Shown piece after piece: positions 9,521 to 18,224 of a DNA stretch of 64,000 bases. Source of the stretch: an uncultured Actinomycetes bacterium. GTDB lineage: Bacteria > Actinomycetota > UBA4738 > HRBIN12. How positions within the stretch are numbered: position 1 is the stretch's first letter; every line of letters starts with the position of its first letter. The stretch spans positions 384,001 to 448,000 of the forward strand of contig CAVPIB010000004.1 in the NCBI GenBank assembly GCA_963704885.1, written 5' to 3'. Position numbers and translations under genes: made by a program. Below the pieces are notes generated by a model, which worked only from the letters and a program-made list of their open reading frames with translations, made no database searches and was not told where the DNA came from.

Positions 9521-10279
9521 TCAGCCCTCGAGCGACTTCAGTCGATCCAGCACGCGCTCCGCCGTCGGGTCGCGCATCTCGTCCACGATGTGCCCGTCCT
9601 CAAGGAAGATCACACGGTCGGCATAGCTCGCGGCGTTGGCGTCATGCGTGACCATCACGATCGTCTGTCCGTGGTCGTCGACCGCGGATCGAAGGAAGCC
9701 CAGGAGCTCCTGGCCCGAGTGAGAGTCCAGGTTCCCGGTGGGCTCATCCGCGAAGACGATCGCAGGTCGGGAGACGAGGGCTCGCGCGCCGGCGACACGC
9801 TGCTGCTGGCCTCCGGACAGCTGGTGCGGCCGGTGACCGAGCCGGTCGCCGAGGCCGATGGTGGCTACAACCTCGTCGAACCACGCACGATCGACGTCGC
9901 GTCCCGCGATGTCCAGCGGCAGGGTGATGTTCTCGCCGGCGGTGAGCGTGGGGACCAGGTTGAATGCCTGGAAGACGAAGCCCACCTTGTCCCTGCGGAG
10001 TTCGGTAAGCCGCTTGTCGTTCAACTCCGTGAGGTCGATGTCTCCCACGAACACCGTCCCGGTCGTCGGCGCGTCCAAGCCGGCCAGGCAGTGAAGGAGC
10101 GTCGACTTGCCCGACCCCGACGGCCCCATGATGGCCGTGAACTCGCCGGCGGCAAGCTCCACGTTCACGCCGCGGAGCGCCTCCACGGCGGCGTCGCCCT
10201 CGCCGTAGATCTTGCTCAGATCGACGGCCCTCGCGGCCACGGCGTCGACGGGGGCTATCGGCAGGGTCGTATCGCTCAT
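9521..10279 (-). CDS. ABC transporter ATP-binding protein (LolD/MacB-like)
   Basis: [25 protein letters not shown] and VTHD. Confidence 0.95.
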   Translation of the reverse strand: MSDTTLPIAPVDAVAARAVDLSKIYGEGDAAVEALRGVNVELAAGEFTAIMGPSGSGKSTLLHCLAGLDAPTTGTVFVGDIDLTELNDKRLTELRRDKVGFVFQAFNLVPTLTAGENITLPLDIAGRDVDRAWFDEVVATIGLGDRLGHRPHQLSGGQQQRVAGARALVSRPAIVFADEPTGNLDSHSGQELLGFLRSAVDDHGQTIVMVTHDANAASYADRVIFLEDGHIVDEMRDPTAERVLDRLKSLEG

Positions 10280-10322
10280 CGTTCCTCCACGTTCGGATCG
10301 GACTGCAGGACGCTACGAGATG

Positions 10323-10394
10323 TGGGCGCGGCAGGTTTTGAACCTGCGACCTCTCGCGTGTGAGGCGAGCGCTCTCCCGCTGAGCTACGCGCCC
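10323..10394 (-). tRNA. tRNA-Val(CAC)
   Basis: Cloverleaf GGGCGCG...; anticodon arm CTCGC-CT-CAC-AC-GCGAG; GGTTCAAA T-loop. Confidence 0.93.
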
Positions 10395-10463
10395 GTCTTC
10401 GGGATCCGTAGCCTAGCGGATTCGGATACGTCGGCTGGTGAGGGCTCGTGGTGGGGATAAGGT

Positions 10464-10496
10464 GACGGCGGCACGTGCCCGCGTCGTGCCGCCGTC
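10464..10496. other. Perfect 12-bp inverted repeat / hairpin
   Basis: GACGGCGGCACG-N9-CGTGCCGCCGTC. Confidence 0.6.
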
Positions 10497-10691
10497 GCAT
10501 CCGCGCTCCGAAGAGCGGGACGTTCCTGCAGTTCAGGCGGGAGTTTGGCACAGCTGATGAGGCATCCGCAAGGACGGGAGGTGGTCGCTTCGGGGCCGCC
10601 AGAGCGCCTTGGGGGTAACGTGTCGGTTGGATCGATGAAGCTACGCTTCGACCACACGGCCGCGAAGCGACGAGCAGGGAGGCGAGCGGAG

Positions 10692-10850
10692 ATGAAGCGC
10701 TTCCTTACGGACCTCTTCGGCAGGGTCCGTGCGAGATCGGAGACCGATCGCAAGCGCGCCCTTGAGCGAGCCGCCAGGGAGATGAGCCGCCGTGATCCTC
10801 ATGGCGGCAGCATCTGGAGATCTGGGAAGGGCGGTTCTCACCCCGGCTGA
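10692..10850 (+). CDS. Small basic hypothetical protein (52 aa)
   Basis: GGAG-rich SD before the ATG; MKRFLTDLFGRVR... An alternative start lies at 10635. Confidence 0.4.
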   Translation: MKRFLTDLFGRVRARSETDRKRALERAAREMSRRDPHGGSIWRSGKGGSHPG

Positions 10851-10995
10851 AAGGCGACGCTACCCCCCCACGCTCGACGCGGGGCATGCTGCAAGCAGGT
10901 GCTGAACCGGAGCTGATGTCGACAACGGAGGTCTCAGGACTTTCGACCGGGGAAGATGACGACCTCTGTCACCCCGAAACGGCCGACAGGTCCCT

Positions 10996-11023
10996 TTGAT
11001 TCACATGCATTCTTCTCTAAGTT
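10996..11023 (+). promoter_or_regulatory. Putative housekeeping-sigma promoter of a leaderless small ORF
   Basis: TTGATT-N16-TAAGTT, 8 nt before ATG 11032, within a locally AT-rich patch. Confidence 0.45.
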
Positions 11024-11031
11024 GACACCCA

Positions 11032-11241
11032 ATGGACTCCTCCTCGAAGCGCGATCCCGGACGTCGATGCTCAGCCCCAGGCTGCACCACCGTCCTATCG
11101 ATCTACAACTCCGATCATCTGTGCTTCGCACACGCTGACGCCGCGACTCGTGCTCGATTCGAACCCAGGAGGTCGGTCGGGAGCACTCCCGCCATCTATC
11201 GACAGCGGACCGACTCATCGACCTACGCGGCGGTGTCCTAG
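11032..11241 (+). CDS. Small putative zinc-binding protein (Cx4C...Cx2H)
   Basis: RRCSAPGCTTVLSIYNSDHLCFAH; promoter-like elements directly upstream. Confidence 0.65.
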   Translation: MDSSSKRDPGRRCSAPGCTTVLSIYNSDHLCFAHADAATRARFEPRRSVGSTPAIYRQRTDSSTYAAVS

Positions 11242-11503
11242 GGATCTCTCGTGCCATTGCAGGAAGACCCGCACGACGAACACGCAAGGGAGACGAGGGA
11301 AAAGGGCGAGATGCCCGGGATCTTCGTGGACCCGCTATCGATCTCGCTCGTCGAGAACCGTGCGGCAGCGGGTGAGCAAGCGTTCAAGGAGATGTTGGAG
11401 CGCCAAGGCGGCCCCGGCAGGGCAAGCGTCGCCGAGAGTGGTTGGAGCAACACATGGACGCGTTGCGCGCCGCGTTCGCGTGAGCAACGCGCGCGGTCTT
11501 GGT

Positions 11504-11578
11504 TGGTGGGCGCTAGAGGATTTGAACCTCTGACCTCTTCCGTGTCAGGGAAGCGCTCTCCCCCTGAGCTAAGCGCCC
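11504..11578 (-). tRNA. tRNA-Val(GAC)
   Basis: Anticodon arm CTTCC-CT-GAC-AC-GGAAG; GGTTCAAATCC; encoded CCA. Confidence 0.95.
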
Positions 11579-11615
11579 GTGCGGGGACTGTACCAAGGGA
11601 CCTATCGGCCTCTCG

Positions 11616-11686
11616 AGGCGGGGACCGGAATCGAACCGGTGTGCGGGGCTTTGCAGGCCCCTGCCTAACCACTCGGCCACCCCGCC
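11616..11686 (-). tRNA. tRNA-Cys(GCA)
   Basis: GGGGC-CT-GCA-AA-GCCCC anticodon arm; GGTTCGATTCC; U discriminator. Confidence 0.95.
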
Positions 11687-11722
11687 GAACCGGCCCAGTC
11701 TACGGGACCATCCCGGAACGAC

Positions 11723-11749
11723 CGAACGGCCGCCGGAGGCGGCCGTTCG
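11723..11749. other. 12-bp hairpin in the tRNA-Gly/tRNA-Cys spacer
   Basis: CGAACGGCCGCC-gga-GGCGGCCGTTCG, directly 3' of tRNA-Gly. Confidence 0.6.
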
Positions 11750-11750
11750 A

Positions 11751-11826
<76 letters not shown>

Positions 11827-11869
11827 GTACACCCCAGGCTAGCGCGGCTCCTCCGGTGCTTCAACCGCG

Positions 11870-12304
11870 CTACGCGGTCCCCGTCGAACCGAATCCCCCG
11901 GTTCCCCGGTGTGAAGGTGGGAGCAGTTCCGCCCACGTCGCCTTGACCTCGGGGATCGCGACGATGACGAGCTGCGCGATCCGGTCGCCCTTCTCGATCC
12001 GAACGGGTTCCGTCAGATCGAGATTCACGACCGCGCAGATGACCTCGCCGCGGTACCCGGAATCGATGAGCCCCGGTGCGTTCACCAGCGTGAGACCTTG
12101 CCCCGACGCCAAGCCGGACCGCGGTAGCACCATCCCGGCATGGCCTTGTGGCACGGCGACCGCCACGCCGGTTGGCACCATCGCTCGCCTTCCCGGAGCC
12201 ACCTCCACATCGACGATCGATCGCAGATCGAGACCCGCGTCCCCCGGATGTGCGGCCGTCGGCAGCTCAGCGTCCTGATGAAGCCGCTCGAACGGGACGT
12301 CCAT
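11870..12304 (-). CDS. dut: dUTP diphosphatase
   Basis: AGLDL, PRSGLA, GLIDSGYRGE and RGTGGFGSTG. Confidence 0.96.
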   Translation of the reverse strand: MDVPFERLHQDAELPTAAHPGDAGLDLRSIVDVEVAPGRRAMVPTGVAVAVPQGHAGMVLPRSGLASGQGLTLVNAPGLIDSGYRGEVICAVVNLDLTEPVRIEKGDRIAQLVIVAIPEVKATWAELLPPSHRGTGGFGSTGTA

Positions 12305-12684
12305 CAGACCGGCTCGATCAGCTCGATGCGATTGCCGAACGGATCGCGCACGTACACCCGGTGGAAGCCCTCGAGCTGCACCTCGTCGTCCACCACGCGG
12401 ATGCCGGCCGCGTCCAGGCGCGCGAGCAACTGCTCCAATCCTTCGACCATGAGGGCGGGGTGCGCCTTGAACGCGGGGCTGAACCCGTCCTCGACGCCCA
12501 GGTGCAGCTCCATGTCGCGGCCCCGGAACCAGACGCCGCCGCGAGGAGCCAGCGCGGGCGGCTTGGAGATCTGCTCGAGCCCTAGCAGGTAGCCATAGAA
12601 CTTCTCGGCGGCATCCTCCTCACCCTCGGGCATGGCCAGCTGGATGTGATGCAGCCCGACGACTCGCCCATCCCGGCGATCCAT
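12304..12684 (-). CDS. VOC/glyoxalase family protein
   Basis: HHIQLAMP, LHLG, KAHPA and DPFGNRIEL; TAGTAT (-10) 7 nt upstream. Confidence 0.88.
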   Translation of the reverse strand: MDRRDGRVVGLHHIQLAMPEGEEDAAEKFYGYLLGLEQISKPPALAPRGGVWFRGRDMELHLGVEDGFSPAFKAHPALMVEGLEQLLARLDAAGIRVVDDEVQLEGFHRVYVRDPFGNRIELIEPV

Positions 12685-12694
12685 GCCGCGGATA

Positions 12695-15427
12695 CTACGA
12701 GCAACCGCTGGTGCTGCCGCACGTCCCGCATACGTAGCACGACCCAGCCGGCTGCATCTTCGAGCCGCACTGGTAGCAGAGCGGCGCGTCGAGGATCCTG
12801 GCCGTGGGTTTCTGGGTGACCTCGATCGGCTGTGGGTCCTCCCGTTCCACCATCGGGGCCGGCTCCTGCGCATTCTCCTCCAACTCCGTCTGGGCCGCCG
12901 CCTTCCGCTCCTCGATGGAACGGATCCCAAGAGCCTCGCGTTTGTCCTCGGACAGGTAGTCGAGCGCCAGCCGGCGGAACACGTAGTCGACCAGCGAGGT
13001 GGCGAAGCGGATGTCGGGGTCGTTCGTCATCCCGGACGGCTCGAACTTCATGTTGATGAACTTGGCGACGAAGGTCTCGAGCGGCACTCCGTACTGCAGC
13101 CCGATCGAGACCGCGATCGCGAACGCATCCATCACTCCCGACAGGGTGGAGCCCTGTTTGGAGGTCTTCAGGAAGATCTCACCCAGGCCGTCGTCTGGAT
13201 ACGAACCCGCCGTGATGTAGCCCTCAGCGTCGCCGACCTGGTACGAGGTGGTCGTGGACGGGCGGGACATGGGCAGGCGCCGACGGACCGGCTGCGCGAG
13301 CTCCGCGAGAGGCGCTTCGACGGTCTTCTTCTTGTCGGCCGACAGCGGCTGCGCCACCTTGCAGTTGTCGCGGTAGATCGCCACGGCCTTCAGGCCGAGC
13401 TTCCAGGACTCCACGAACAGCTTCTCGACCTCCTCGACCGTGGCCGCCTCGGGCATGTTCACCGTCTTGGATATGGCGCCCGAGATGAACGGCTGGGCCG
13501 CGGCCATCATCCGCACGTGTCCCATGTAGTGGATCGGCTCGGCGCCCATCGCCGTGTCGAACACCGCGTAGTGCTCGGTCTTCAGGTGCGGGGCGTCCAC
13601 CACCGAGTTGTGCTCGGCGATGTAGGCGACGATGTCTTCGATCTGGGGTGCGCTGTAACCCAGCTTGTCGAGCGCCCGCGGCACGGTCTGGTTCACGAAC
13701 TGCATGGTGCCGCCGCCCACCAGCTTCTTCGTCTTCACGAGCGCCAGCTCCGGCTCTATGCCGGTGGTGTCGCAGTCCATCATCAGGCCGATCGTTCCGG
13801 TCGGCGCCAGGACCGACGCCTGCGCGTTGCGATACCCGTGGACCTCACCGAGGGAGACCGCCTCGTCCAAGGCGTTCTTGGCCGAGGAGAGCAGCCCTTC
13901 CGGAACGAGGTCGCCGTCGATCTCATCGACGGCGGCACGATGCTTGCGCATCACGCGGAGCATGGCGTCGCGGTTCGGATCGAAACCGTCGAAGGTCCCC
14001 ATCACCTCCGCGGTTCTGGCGCTGGTGCGGTACGCGTGACCGGTCATGAGCGCCGTGATCGCTCCGGCCCACGCGCGACCCCCGTCGGAGTCGTAGGGCA
14101 GGCCCCGCGCCATCAGGAGGGCGCCGAGGTTCGCGTAGCCAAGACCCAGCTGCCGGTAGGCGCGAGCGTTCTCACCGATCTTGTCTGTCGGGTAGCTGGA
14201 CTCCCCGACCAAGATCTCCTGCGCCGTGAACACGATCTCGACCGCGTGACGGAACGACGCCACATCGAAGTTCCCGTCGTCGTCCAGGAACTTCATGAGG
14301 TTCAGCGACGCCAGGTTGCACGCCGAGTTGTCCAGGTGCATGTACTCCGAGCACGGGTTCGATGCGTTGATACGACCCGACGCCGGGCAGGTGTGCCATT
14401 CGTTGATCGTCGTGTCGTACTGCATGCCAGGGTCGGCGCACTCCCAGGCGGCCTGAGCGATCTCGCGCATCAGCTCGCGGGCCCTGATCGTGTCCACGGT
14501 CTCGCCGCTGAGAACGGCCTTCAGCTTCCAATCCTGATCCTGCTCGTGCGCCCGCATGAACTCGTCGGTCACGCGCACCGAGTTATTGGCGTTCTGATAC
14601 TGGATGGAGTACGCGTCCTTGCCGTCGAGGTCCATGTCGAACCCAGCGTCGCGGAGCGCGCGAGCTTTGTGCTCCTCGACCGCCTTGCACCAGATGAAGT
14701 CGCGGATGTCTGGATGGTCGGCGTTCAGGATGACCATCTTCGCCGCCCTACGGGTCTTGCCGCCCGACTTGATCGTCCCGGCCGAGGAGTCCGCGCCACG
14801 CATGAACGACACGGGCCCCGAGGCGGTACCGCCGCCGGCGAGCGATTCCATCGACGAGCGGATCTGCGACAGGTTGATCCCCGACCCAGAGCCACCCTTG
14901 AAGATCGTGCCCTCCTCGACGTACCAGTTGAGGATGGACGACATGTGGTCCTCCACGGCCAGGATGAAGCAGGCCGAGCACTGCTGAGGAGTGTCGGGAA
15001 CGCCCACGTTGAACCACACCGGCGAGTTGAACGCAGCCTTCTGCGTGACGATCAGATGGGCCAGCTCCTCCGCGAACACCTGCGCGTCGTGGGCGGAGGC
15101 GAAGTACCCGTTGCGCTCGCCCCATCCGCGGATGGTGTCCACCACGCGGCCCGCCAGCTGACGGACGGACGATTCACGCTGCGGAGTGTCGAGGGTGCCG
15201 CGGAAGTACTTCTGGGCGACGATGTTCGTGGCGTTCTGAGACCACGAGATGGGGAACTCCACGTCGCGTTGCTCGAAGGCGTAGCCGCCCTCCTTGAAGT
15301 TGGGGATCACCGCGTCCCGGGTCTCCCACTCGATATCGTCGAACGGGTGGCGGCCCTCGGTCGTGAAGTACCGGCTGAAGGTCAGCCCCTCGCGGATGAC
15401 CTCGACATCCCCCTCTTTCGTCGCCAA
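12695..15427 (-). CDS. nrdJ: Vitamin B12-dependent (class II) ribonucleotide reductase
   Basis: FNSPVWFN, QCSACFI, NPCSEY, APTGTI, SKTVN and a C-terminal CxxC...CxxC...GCS. TTG start after a GGGAG SD. Confidence 0.95.
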   Translation of the reverse strand: MATKEGDVEVIREGLTFSRYFTTEGRHPFDDIEWETRDAVIPNFKEGGYAFEQRDVEFPISWSQNATNIVAQKYFRGTLDTPQRESSVRQLAGRVVDTIRGWGERNGYFASAHDAQVFAEELAHLIVTQKAAFNSPVWFNVGVPDTPQQCSACFILAVEDHMSSILNWYVEEGTIFKGGSGSGINLSQIRSSMESLAGGGTASGPVSFMRGADSSAGTIKSGGKTRRAAKMVILNADHPDIRDFIWCKAVEEHKARALRDAGFDMDLDGKDAYSIQYQNANNSVRVTDEFMRAHEQDQDWKLKAVLSGETVDTIRARELMREIAQAAWECADPGMQYDTTINEWHTCPASGRINASNPCSEYMHLDNSACNLASLNLMKFLDDDGNFDVASFRHAVEIVFTAQEILVGESSYPTDKIGENARAYRQLGLGYANLGALLMARGLPYDSDGGRAWAGAITALMTGHAYRTSARTAEVMGTFDGFDPNRDAMLRVMRKHRAAVDEIDGDLVPEGLLSSAKNALDEAVSLGEVHGYRNAQASVLAPTGTIGLMMDCDTTGIEPELALVKTKKLVGGGTMQFVNQTVPRALDKLGYSAPQIEDIVAYIAEHNSVVDAPHLKTEHYAVFDTAMGAEPIHYMGHVRMMAAAQPFISGAISKTVNMPEAATVEEVEKLFVESWKLGLKAVAIYRDNCKVAQPLSADKKKTVEAPLAELAQPVRRRLPMSRPSTTTSYQVGDAEGYITAGSYPDDGLGEIFLKTSKQGSTLSGVMDAFAIAVSIGLQYGVPLETFVAKFINMKFEPSGMTNDPDIRFATSLVDYVFRRLALDYLSEDKREALGIRSIEERKAAAQTELEENAQEPAPMVEREDPQPIEVTQKPTARILDAPLCYQCGSKMQPAGSCYVCGTCGSTSGCS

Positions 15428-15449
15428 TGCCCTCTCCCTTCTCGCAACC

Positions 15450-15480
15450 TGTGGACAACCTGTGGAACCTCTGTGGATGA
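15450..15480. promoter_or_regulatory. Three phased DnaA-box-like 9-mers upstream of nrdJ
   Basis: TGTGGACAA (reverse complement TTGTCCACA) at 15450, TGTGGAACC at 15461 and TGTGGATGA at 15472; 11-bp period. Confidence 0.6.
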
Positions 15481-15499
15481 ATGACACCTGTGTCATTCG
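15479..15499. promoter_or_regulatory. Operator-like palindrome upstream of nrdJ
   Basis: GAATGACAC-ct-GTGTCATTC; related to 29325-29344 upstream of recA. Confidence 0.55.
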
Positions 15500-15563
15500 A
15501 GCTTCTGGATTCTGAACCCGGACAGACGCCTCGTCAAGATGCAGTGGCCAGAAAGTTCGCCAA

Positions 15564-15579
15564 CCACTACATCTAGTAT
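15564..15579. promoter_or_regulatory. NrdR box
   Basis: CCACTACATCTAGTAT resembles the acaCwAtATaTwGtg NrdR consensus; lies upstream of nrdJ. Confidence 0.75.
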
Positions 15580-15609
15580 CTCAGGGGAAAGCCGCGATGA
15601 CCGCCTCGA

Positions 15610-16086
15610 TCAGCGGGCGCGCCGCTTGGCGGGCAACTTCTTCTCCAGGAGCACGTCCAACTCACGCTCGAAGTCCGTGATCTCTTGGAAGTCCTTGTAG
15701 ACGCTGGCGAACCTCATGTACGCCACCTGATCGAGCTTGCGGAGGTTGGCCAGCACCTCCAGGCCCACGGCCTGAGAGGTGACCTCGGGCCCCTTGCGCC
15801 GTAGCCGCTCCTCCACCCGCTCCACGACTCTTTCGACCTGCTCGGGCGAAACGGGACGGTTCTTGATGGCCTTCAGGATGCCGCCCTCGAGCTTGGCCCG
15901 GTCGAAGGCATCTTTCGACCCGTCGCGCTTCACCACGACCAGGCCGACGTCCTCGATCCGCTCGAAAGTGGTGTACCGGCGCCGGCAGGCGCCACATTCG
16001 CGTCGTCGCCGGATGGCCGCGCCGCGGTCGGCGGGACGCGAGTCGACCACGCGGTCGTCGTCGGCGCTGCACCAGGGACATCGCAT
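15610..16086 (-). CDS. nrdR: Transcriptional repressor NrdR
   Basis: CPWC...VVDSR...RRRRECGAC...TTFE; ATP-cone; AYMRFASVY. Confidence 0.96.
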   Translation of the reverse strand: MRCPWCSADDDRVVDSRPADRGAAIRRRRECGACRRRYTTFERIEDVGLVVVKRDGSKDAFDRAKLEGGILKAIKNRPVSPEQVERVVERVEERLRRKGPEVTSQAVGLEVLANLRKLDQVAYMRFASVYKDFQEITDFERELDVLLEKKLPAKRRAR

Positions 16087-16095
16087 GGTCGGGTG

Positions 16096-16142
16096 CCACA
16101 AGATGTTGTGGCGGCGCGAACCGTACCCGCACCATGTTGAGC
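16096..16142. promoter_or_regulatory. Tandem NrdR boxes upstream of nrdR
   Basis: CCACAAGATGTTGTGG at 16096 and a degenerate CCGCACCATGTTGAGC at 16127, 31 bp apart. Confidence 0.75.
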
Positions 16143-16144
16143 CG

Positions 16145-16453
16145 TCAAGCGATACGCGGGATCACGATGGACTGACCCGGAACGATGTCCCCCACATCCA
16201 TCCCGTTGCGTGCCGCGATGGCGTCCACGAGCAGCGTGGGATCCCCCGATGACATCCGCTCGGCGATCGACCAAACCGTGTCGCCGGAGCGGACCACGTA
16301 CACCCGCTCGCTTCGGATGGGTACGTCTCCCTGCCCGGGCGAGGCGTGTCGGCCGATGGCCGTGGCCACAGGGGCCGCCATCAACACCCCGAGAACGACG
16401 GCCATGGCGGCCCCCAGGAGCCTCCGGCGCCGTCGAACATCTGTTCGGCTCAT
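16145..16453 (-). CDS. Membrane-anchored LysM protein (YneA/ChiZ-like SOS cell-division inhibitor candidate)
   Basis: Basic N-terminus, one TM helix and YVVRSGDTVWSIA LysM; divergent from lexA with SOS boxes. Confidence 0.8.
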   Translation of the reverse strand: MSRTDVRRRRRLLGAAMAVVLGVLMAAPVATAIGRHASPGQGDVPIRSERVYVVRSGDTVWSIAERMSSGDPTLLVDAIAARNGMDVGDIVPGQSIVIPRIA

Positions 16454-16511
16454 AGGTGTATCCTGCTCGAACAGATGTTCGGAGTCAAGAGGTAGGTCGA
16501 ACATATGTTTG
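16434..16511. promoter_or_regulatory. Three LexA (SOS) boxes CGAAC-N4-GTTCG
   Basis: CGAACATCTGTTCG at 16434, CGAACAGATGTTCG at 16468 and CGAACATATGTTTG at 16498. Confidence 0.9.
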
Positions 16512-16566
16512 CCTGGGCCACCATGCGGTGCTAGCGTCCGGTTCATGAGGCAGGAGGGTAGCGACC

Positions 16567-17178
16567 ATGTCTGACATCACTCCCCGGCAGCAGAGGATCC
16601 TGGACGTGATCTCCAGCACCGTCCGCGAGCGCGGGTACCCGCCGACCGTTCGCGAGATCGGCGAAGCCGTCGGTCTCACGTCCTCGTCGAGCGTCCACGC
16701 GCAGCTGGGCAACCTGGAGCGGATGGGCCTGCTCACGAAGGACCCCACCAAGCCGCGGGCGATGACCCTGGCCGAGCCGAAGGTGGACGGCGTCGCGGTT
16801 CCGCTGCTCGGTCGGATCGCGGCGGGGGCTCCCGCCTTGGCGGCAGAGCACGTTGAGGACTACATCTCGGTACCTCGCAGCTTCGCTCAGGGCGACGCAC
16901 CGCACTTCGCTCTTCGCGTATCCGGCGACTCCATGATCGGGGCCGGCATCTTCGAGGGCGACCTGGTGGTCGCCCGGGCGCAAGGTTCGGCGAGCGACGG
17001 GGACGTCGTCATCGCCCTTCTTCCAGGCCCGGCGGAGGACGAAGCCACGGTCAAGCGGCTCGGTCACGACGGAACCCGGGTGATGCTGATCCCGGAGAAC
17101 CCAGCCCTAGAGCCGTTCGAGATGCGCGATGGGCGCATCCTGGGCAAGGTCGTTGCCGTGCTCCGCAAGCTCCCCTAG
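16567..17178 (+). CDS. lexA: SOS repressor LexA
   Basis: GYPPTVREIG, IAAG cleavage site, GDSM Ser and TVK Lys. Confidence 0.97.
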   Translation: MSDITPRQQRILDVISSTVRERGYPPTVREIGEAVGLTSSSSVHAQLGNLERMGLLTKDPTKPRAMTLAEPKVDGVAVPLLGRIAAGAPALAAEHVEDYISVPRSFAQGDAPHFALRVSGDSMIGAGIFEGDLVVARAQGSASDGDVVIALLPGPAEDEATVKRLGHDGTRVMLIPENPALEPFEMRDGRILGKVVAVLRKLP

Positions 17179-17219
17179 CCGGTAAGCTCCCGGGCGTCCT
17201 TCACCCGAGGAGCCCGACC

Positions 17220-18215
17220 ATGCCGCAGGAACCCAAGACTCAGCTCGAACGGCAGATCCGCGCGCAGCCCGACGCCCTGGCGGCGCTGATCGGCTCGGCC
17301 AAGGTTCGCGATCGGATCCGCGTGAGCGCCGAAGGCCTGCACCGAGCCCGTCGTATCTGGGTCGTCGGCACGGGGACGAGCCTTCACGCGGCGGAGCTTG
17401 GGGCGTCCATGCTCCAGCTCTCTGGGCGCCAGGCTCAGGCGGTCCCCTCGATGCAGTTCGTGGACTTCGCGCCGATCATGGGGCCGCAAGACGCCGTGAT
17501 AGTCATCACCCACACCGCGGAGACCGCCTACGCCCTCTCTACCCGAGCTCAGACCTTCGCGGCCGGCTTGAACCTGGTGATGATCACGAAGCAGGGATCC
17601 GGCTTCCCGGAGGCCATCGAGACCGTCGAGAAAGAGTCGGCCGAGACCTACACGATCAGCTACACGACGGCGCTGCTCGCGCTCGCGATGCTCGCGAAAG
17701 AGTTGGGCGCCGAAGGGCTGACCGAAGACGATCTGGACAGGGTTCCCGGAGCCGCGGCAGCGGCTATCGCCGACCCCGGCATCGAGGGGATCGTTGTTCC
17801 GGAACGCTTGTTGGTTCTCGTGGGAGCGGGGCCGGCCGCCGTCACGGCCCGCGAGGGCGCCCTCAAGCTGCGCGAGGGCGCCCGGTTCCTGGCCGAGGGC
17901 TACGATGCCGAGTACCTGCTCCACGGCTCCGCGGTTCCACTGGACGGCCGGGATCGCCTGATCGCGCTAGATCCGCCGGACCCGGCCGGGTTGGTCGAAG
18001 CGGTCGCGGTAGCTGCGGAGGCCGAGCGGCTCGGGGTTGACCGGTTGCACGAGACCGCGGATCTCCCACCCCTGCTCGCGCAGATCCCGTTGACCGTGAG
18101 GCTCCAGTTGTTGGCGCTCCGCGTCGCCGCCGAGCGCCGTCAGGATCCAGACACCGTCATCGTGGGTGCGTGGGCGGACCCGGCCACATGGGCCATCGGC
18201 GCTCCGCCCACCTGA
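17220..18215 (+). CDS. SIS-domain sugar isomerase/deaminase (GlmS C-terminal-like, no glutaminase domain)
   Basis: QIRAQP, GTGTSLHA, AREGALKLRE and LLHG. Confidence 0.82.
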   Translation: MPQEPKTQLERQIRAQPDALAALIGSAKVRDRIRVSAEGLHRARRIWVVGTGTSLHAAELGASMLQLSGRQAQAVPSMQFVDFAPIMGPQDAVIVITHTAETAYALSTRAQTFAAGLNLVMITKQGSGFPEAIETVEKESAETYTISYTTALLALAMLAKELGAEGLTEDDLDRVPGAAAAAIADPGIEGIVVPERLLVLVGAGPAAVTAREGALKLREGARFLAEGYDAEYLLHGSAVPLDGRDRLIALDPPDPAGLVEAVAVAAEAERLGVDRLHETADLPPLLAQIPLTVRLQLLALRVAAERRQDPDTVIVGAWADPATWAIGAPPT

Positions 18216-18224
18216 TCGGCGTTA

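Noticed and set aside
10553-10580. CTGATGAG followed by a GCAA hairpin, resembling a hammerhead core or a fluoride riboswitch
   Set aside because: No GAAA after stem II and no closing stems; the fluoride-riboswitch P1 and pseudoknot complement are also absent.
10395-11503. Possible integrative element at the tRNA-Val(GAC) 3' end
   Set aside because: No integrase and no duplicated tRNA 3' end (att) seen.
12683-15484. 933-aa + strand ORF and similar long antisense ORFs (e.g. 25802-27394, 8828-10363)
   Set aside because: Shadow frames opposite well-supported genes, expected from high-GC codon bias.
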